Assembly: GCA_018985225.1 (NCBI GenBank)
Contig: JADGIF010000274.1
Span: forward strand, 1-12,087
Length of the DNA: 12,087 nucleotides
Reading direction: 5' to 3'
Source: Amoeboradix gromovi X-113
Taxonomy: Eukaryota; Fungi; Sanchytriomycota
The position numbers and the translations under genes were made by a program. Every line of letters begins with the position of its first letter. Positions within the stretch are counted from its first letter, which is position 1. Below the pieces are notes generated by a model. The model was not told the origin of the DNA and made no database searches. It worked only from the letters and a program-made list of their open reading frames with translations. Positions 7,734 to 12,087 of this stretch are shown here, piece after piece.

Positions 7734-8555
7734 ATGGAGATAACTTCAAAAGTATCCAATGTGATAGAGATTTATGGGGATGTGGTGGTCGAGAGTATGA
7801 CCTACCTGGAGTTCAACATAAAAAACAAACAGATGAATGTTAGTTTGCATGGGTATGACTCCTTCAGATTAGATAACAACTTTTTCGTATTAACCTGGAC
7901 TCAAAACCTCGATGCTGTTCATTTTATTGTACATCCTTCATATTTGTTAATCGTAAATGGGACGCATGTGTTTTCGCATCTCCAAACTAAGCATATAACT
8001 GATGCTAGCCATGCATTTCAATTGGGAATCGACTTTCTTACGCAAGAATTACAACAGATATGCACTGGTGTAGAATTTGAAGTGTTAGGAATCCAGGATC
8101 TTCTTGATTTAGTGACTGTAAGCGAATCGCAAGATCTTTTACTAAGGATAAGGAATACTCAAACCACTACTCATGAGTTGAAGAACAGCGTTCGAATGAA
8201 AAGATCTATGATAAATAGAATAAATTTTCCAATGTATAACGTTATAACAGAACTGTATTTATTAGATTACAAACTTAAATATCATATTGCTAATTTAGAT
8301 ACGCAGTATAACCATTATATTGCTTTGCTAAATATGATGGTGTCTATGAGCTCTCACAAAGTCAACTTAGTAATTAGAAAGTTGGTCTTAATCACAATTG
8401 GAAGCATACCCCTAACAGTTATTGCCACTTCTCTAGGAATGAACCTTTTGGGTCCTGGTTATTCTGGTTCATCATTCAACTTCCCATTAGTGCTTATTGT
8501 GTCCTCTTTAATAGGTTTATGCACTGGATATATAGCTGACCGTTTTATATTGTAG
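7734..8555 (+). CDS. CorA/Alr1/Mrs2-superfamily magnesium transporter (divergent)
   Basis: SHKVNLVIRKL, then a TM helix ending in the GMN signature and a second C-terminal TM helix. First ATG is at 7734; the start is uncertain. Confidence 0.75.
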   Translation: MEITSKVSNVIEIYGDVVVESMTYLEFNIKNKQMNVSLHGYDSFRLDNNFFVLTWTQNLDAVHFIVHPSYLLIVNGTHVFSHLQTKHITDASHAFQLGIDFLTQELQQICTGVEFEVLGIQDLLDLVTVSESQDLLLRIRNTQTTTHELKNSVRMKRSMINRINFPMYNVITELYLLDYKLKYHIANLDTQYNHYIALLNMMVSMSSHKVNLVIRKLVLITIGSIPLTVIATSLGMNLLGPGYSGSSFNFPLVLIVSSLIGLCTGYIADRFIL

Positions 8556-8690
8556 TAAATTTAATATTTGCCATCTTAAATGCAAAATAGTTTTGTGTAT
8601 CTGGAACGCTCTAAAATTTATAAAAAATTTAAAACGGGTCCCACTCTTTGTTATATGATTTGAACAAGGAATTTCACATATTTTTGCGAA

Positions 8691-8860
8691 ATGGATCTCT
8701 GGAACAATCTTTAAAAGTCCTGATTAACGAGAAATAAAGAACTCCTAGATAAGAACTGAGGAAGCCAGTTGCCCCATTATAGCGATTGCTCACGGTTTCA
8801 CTACTCTTACGTGGGATTGAACAAGGATGCATATTTGATGTATATGTTCCTTGCTGCCAT
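8691..8860 (-). ncRNA. Predicted Fanzor omega-RNA, copy 2 (scaffold ends at 8711, putative guide 8710-8691)
   Basis: 8813-8860 is identical to 2791-2840 except for a 2-nt gap. Stems 8798-8804/8779-8785 and 8766-8777/8749-8758 keep pairing despite substitutions. Confidence 0.6.
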
Positions 8861-9028
8861 TTAGTCTCTATTTACCTTTAATGACAGTTTGTACATTTGC
8901 GTGTCTCCAAAATAGTCTTTATTCAAGCTTATACCTTGTCCATTTCTGACTAGAAAATGCCTCAATACATCCAATTATCATCTTTCCTCTCTCTTTGCGC
9001 CGGAACTTCAAGTGTTCTCTGAATGCGT
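8829..9028 (-). pseudogene. Decayed Fanzor2/TnpB C-terminal fragment
   Basis: AFREHLKFRRKERGKMIIGCIEAFSSQKWTRYK, frameshift, LETRKCTNCH, frameshift, NRD*MAARNIYIK. Aligns to the copy 1 peptide with stops, frameshifts and lost Cys ligands. Confidence 0.85.
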
Positions 9029-9034
9029 TATTTC

Positions 9035-9165
9035 ACTTTGTTGAAAAACGTCTAGTTTCCCATTCCTGCACAGGTTTCTTAATGTCGATGAGTGCATATG
9101 ATGTTTATAGTTCTTTCTTTATACCTGACATATTCAGAATTGCAAGGTTTAGAACCACTTTTCAT
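9035..9165 (-). pseudogene. N-terminal MerR-like HTH remnant of an IS607-type TnpA serine recombinase
   Basis: MKSGSKPCNSEYVRYKERT, frameshift, HSSTLRNLCRNGKLDVF; resembles the YxxxKE...TLRxWxxxGK pattern. Counterpart NSEHVNSK*IINRYSI at 2471-2518. Confidence 0.55.
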
Positions 9166-9277
9166 TGATGAATAGCGAGGATATCGCATTTTTTCACATT
9201 TGAAGTATCTAGAAAAGAAGAGTGTATAAAAAGACATGTGCCCTTGATAAATGGTTTATTCAATAAATTCATTGTCT

Positions 9278-9715
9278 GGGACACCAAATATAAAAACTAG
9301 ACCAAGTCGTTTTCAAAGTAGGTGCTCCAAAAGGAGTAAATACTATTAACAATAGTCCTTGTTTAAAACCAATTCTCTTTCATTAATGTCATTCCTCTCT
9401 TTAAAATAAAACAAGATGACCCACTATCTCTTTCAAATATATGAGGGTTTTGAGTGTTTAAGCAAAATGTGCATTTTTTTTATTCTTTATCTGTTTCTTT
9501 TTCTTTTTCTTCTTACTACCTTTCGTATAACTTGTTTTTTGTTTTCACTCCTTGTTAATCATTGTTTCTAGGATTCTAATGGATGAAAAGCTTTTACAGT
9601 AAAATAATTTACTTGGACAGATTAATTTAATTTAATTTACTATCGGTTAATACACACTTGAAATAATGATTCAAACTACTTCAGAAAGTTAGTCTAGTTT
9701 TATATTTGATGTCCC
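9278..9715. mobile_element. MITE-like element, family A copy 2 (438 bp)
   Basis: First 24 nt identical to 1928-1951; last 34 nt differ from 2362-2395 at one position. Internal blocks are alignable (ACCAATT.TCTTTCATT, ATGAGG..TTTGAG...TAAGCAAAA.GTGCATTTT). Confidence 0.8.
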
Positions 9716-9764
9716 GTATGTTTAATTCATAGAGCAAGTCCCATGTGTTTGAAAACAAAGTTTT

Positions 9765-11558
9765 ATGGATTCCAAATTAGGAAATACTTTTGTGGATCCT
9801 AATCCCATAGAACTATCTGCCGAGCCTTCTTTCTCTTCAGTTATAGGGCCATTTCTTCGATTCCGAGGAATATTAAAAAATAATTATTCTGTTAGCGTTC
9901 TAGTTATTGCCAGGGATCAGCCAGAAATTCAAATATATCCTGATAAAAACAAAAACACTGATGCTTTAACTATCGCTCCAAAGCTAATTGATACTTTTAA
10001 ATCATATAATTTTTATAGATATATGATTAACGTAGAATTATTAAGTTATGCACAGACAATTAGCTACAGATTGATAACTCTGACTTCTAGTCAAGTATAT
10101 AACTTTCGCGTTCCAGCGTTTTCTCAAAACTGTAGATTTGCATCGTACTCTTGTGCAGGTGTCTCTATCGGTGAAAGTGTTGGTGACCATGGAGGTTACT
10201 GTTCTCTATGGAAAGATTTGCTTTCAGAGCATCAGTGCAATCCTTTTCATTTAATAATAGGCTTAGGGGATCAATTATACAACGATTTAGTATTTTACGT
10301 TCCTAGTTTAGCTCAATGGATGAAAAGTAAGACTAGAAAAGCAAGAACTTCATATCCTTGCTCTGATCTAATACTTAATGAAATTAGTAATTTTTATTTC
10401 CAGCACTACTGTCTTCATTTTATGCGAGATCATATCAGACATGTCTTTTCTTCTGTACCGAGCATAAACGTCAGTGATGACCATGATATATTTAATGGTG
10501 CTGGAAGCTACCCCGCTGATTTACAGAATTGTCCGATATTCAAAGCTGTTTTTGAACAAGCTCTGAAGTTCTATTATCTGTTTCAACTTCACTGCAACAT
10601 TAATGACCCAGACCCTGTCTTTATTAAAAACTCTAATTTCATTAGTACAATTGGACCAAACCAGGCTATTTTGTGTTTAGATACTCGCAGTGAACGATCT
10701 TTACAACATATTTTGCAGCCCAGCACGTACAAGTTGGTATTTCAGAGAATTAAACAGCTTCCTCACTCAGTCAAACATTTGATAATTGTAGTTGGGATTC
10801 CCATTCTTTTTCCGTCTTCTAAAATGACTGAACGAGTTTTTAACACAATCTCGAAAATTAATATGAAATCAAACTATATGTTTGATCAAATTCTTAGTAA
10901 CTTTGGAGAGCCTTCTGTACTTAGTGATATAGATGATCAATGGGGTACGTTGGAGCATACTAATGAAAAGCACTATTTAATCAAACACTGTCAAGAAATC
11001 TCAAAAGAATTTAATCTAAGGATTACGTTTCTAAGTGGAGACAGTCATTGTGCAGGCAGTAGTCAGATATATGCTAAATCCTCTAAACTGTTACAAAATA
11101 AGAATGATGAAAAATATAAACGACATACAAAACATAGGATTTCACCAGTTTATGACTACAAGCACATAAACCAGATTATTAGCAGTGCTATTACTAACGT
11201 GCCACCACCGGGCTGGGCAATGGTACTGTTTCATTTGAATCCTAACCACGTGTTATATGAGGACTACTATCAAGCTATGACAATAACGTTCAACAAGGAT
11301 GTAGCCAAAGTTGGAGTAGACCTGGATGGTCTAATTTGCGAAAGAGACAAGGAGAGAAAACCAAAATATAAATGGATGATTCCACGTAGGAACTACAGTA
11401 CTTTTACATACACAGAGGAAGATGAGTTAATTGTGGAGTATTTTGTAGAAAAGGAAATTGATTACAAGAGAATTGGATCAATAAAAGATGTCGAGAAGTT
11501 TAGAGCATGTCAAGGATATAAAATTTTCATTCCACCACTGCTGGCAATCAGTGAATAA
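9765..11558 (+). CDS. Fungal-type PhoD-related metallophosphatase
   Basis: GPFLR, LWKDLL..H...PFHLIIGLGDQLYND, DDHDIF.G.GSY, DTRSER, RITFLSGDSH and ISSAITNVPPP. Confidence 0.85.
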   Translation: MDSKLGNTFVDPNPIELSAEPSFSSVIGPFLRFRGILKNNYSVSVLVIARDQPEIQIYPDKNKNTDALTIAPKLIDTFKSYNFYRYMINVELLSYAQTISYRLITLTSSQVYNFRVPAFSQNCRFASYSCAGVSIGESVGDHGGYCSLWKDLLSEHQCNPFHLIIGLGDQLYNDLVFYVPSLAQWMKSKTRKARTSYPCSDLILNEISNFYFQHYCLHFMRDHIRHVFSSVPSINVSDDHDIFNGAGSYPADLQNCPIFKAVFEQALKFYYLFQLHCNINDPDPVFIKNSNFISTIGPNQAILCLDTRSERSLQHILQPSTYKLVFQRIKQLPHSVKHLIIVVGIPILFPSSKMTERVFNTISKINMKSNYMFDQILSNFGEPSVLSDIDDQWGTLEHTNEKHYLIKHCQEISKEFNLRITFLSGDSHCAGSSQIYAKSSKLLQNKNDEKYKRHTKHRISPVYDYKHINQIISSAITNVPPPGWAMVLFHLNPNHVLYEDYYQAMTITFNKDVAKVGVDLDGLICERDKERKPKYKWMIPRRNYSTFTYTEEDELIVEYFVEKEIDYKRIGSIKDVEKFRACQGYKIFIPPLLAISE

Positions 11559-12009
11559 AAAGCAAAAATAAAGCGCAGTTTAAGTTCAAATAAAACTTTG
11601 GAATAAACTATATTATAAAGAGCTTGATTTTCATGAAATATGGAACACTTTTTCAAATTACTATCAAACGCCTGGTTTTCATGTTTATTACAACAAATAG
11701 TTATCGTGATAAGATGAAATCCTTTCACTACCACAATTCTTCTTTTCTAGAGTTCTCCGATAGAATAAAACCTGTAATAATCGTGTTTATCATCTAAGAA
11801 TGATGTCTAAATCAGCACAGCCAAAATATGTCAGATTTAAAGACGTCAATCGAGCTATAAAAACTACTTTTGTCACAGGAAATTTTCAGTACCTCTCACA
11901 TCACAGGGAAGAGACTATTTTACAGTTTATAAGACATTCAAAAGTCGCTTGATATCTTCACCACCTCCCCAAAAGGGATCAAATTGTTTGCGAGCCCCAT
12001 ATAACAAAT

Positions 12010-12087
12010 AGGACATGCTCTGTAAAAACTAGACTAGACAATTTGTATCGAAATTTCAAAAATAAATATTCTGTACAGCTATTCTCT
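12010..12087 (+). mobile_element. Terminus of a family B element running off the window end
   Basis: Begins AGGACATGCTCTGTAAAAACTAGACTAGAC. Its reverse complement matches 2401-2456 (54/56) and 2207-2248 (40/42). Confidence 0.7.

Larger units (their letters stand above)
8711..9220 (-). mobile_element. Internally deleted IS607-like Fanzor2 element, copy 2 (left end not defined, somewhere beyond 9165)
   Basis: Reverse-complement homolog of 2458-2940, with a shared right end at 8711 and a different internal deletion breakpoint (~9030). Confidence 0.8.

Noticed and set aside
8701-9153. Reconstructed empty site GGAACAATCTTTGCAAGGTTTAGA resembling the terminal motif
   Set aside because: Depends on the rejected left-end position; probably chance.
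491-11734. Short antisense or overlapping ORFs (491-694, 1290-1583, 2380-2658, 3817-4023, 4587-5009, 5031-5213, 5594-5848, 6680-6880, 11510-11734)
   Set aside because: Shadows of real genes or repeats, with no motifs and often non-ATG starts.
11760-12005. Possible decayed gene downstream of PhoD
   Set aside because: Only short interrupted frames with no recognisable homology.
1928-12087. CRISPR-like array from the recurring motif
   Set aside because: Copies are dispersed, in both orientations and irregularly spaced.

Overview
AT-rich, very gene-dense eukaryotic DNA in the standard genetic code. It is most likely an early-diverging, genome-reduced fungus or relative that still has peroxisomes (taxon is inference). 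Seven host genes: SPB4/DDX55-type DEAD-box helicase, DPH2, PEX16 (needs a 19-nt GT-AG intron), an Rpr2/Snm1-like zinc-ribbon protein, an FBXO21-like F-box/SirB1/YccV protein, a CorA-family Mg transporter and a PhoD-related phosphatase. Several neighbours are only 11-17 bp apart. The two long gaps (1872-3493, 8556-9764) each hold an internally deleted IS607-like element, in opposite orientations. Each element joins a tnpA-like HTH remnant to the 3' end of a Fanzor2/TnpB gene and a predicted omega-RNA with compensatory base changes between copies; both share a right end (AATCAGGACTTTTAA) followed by different putative guides. The ORF track shows only the Fanzor part of copy 1. Each gap also holds a MITE-like element. 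Its bipartite terminal motif GGGAC-N8-TAAAAACTAGA recurs about nine times in the window, often just upstream of start codons.
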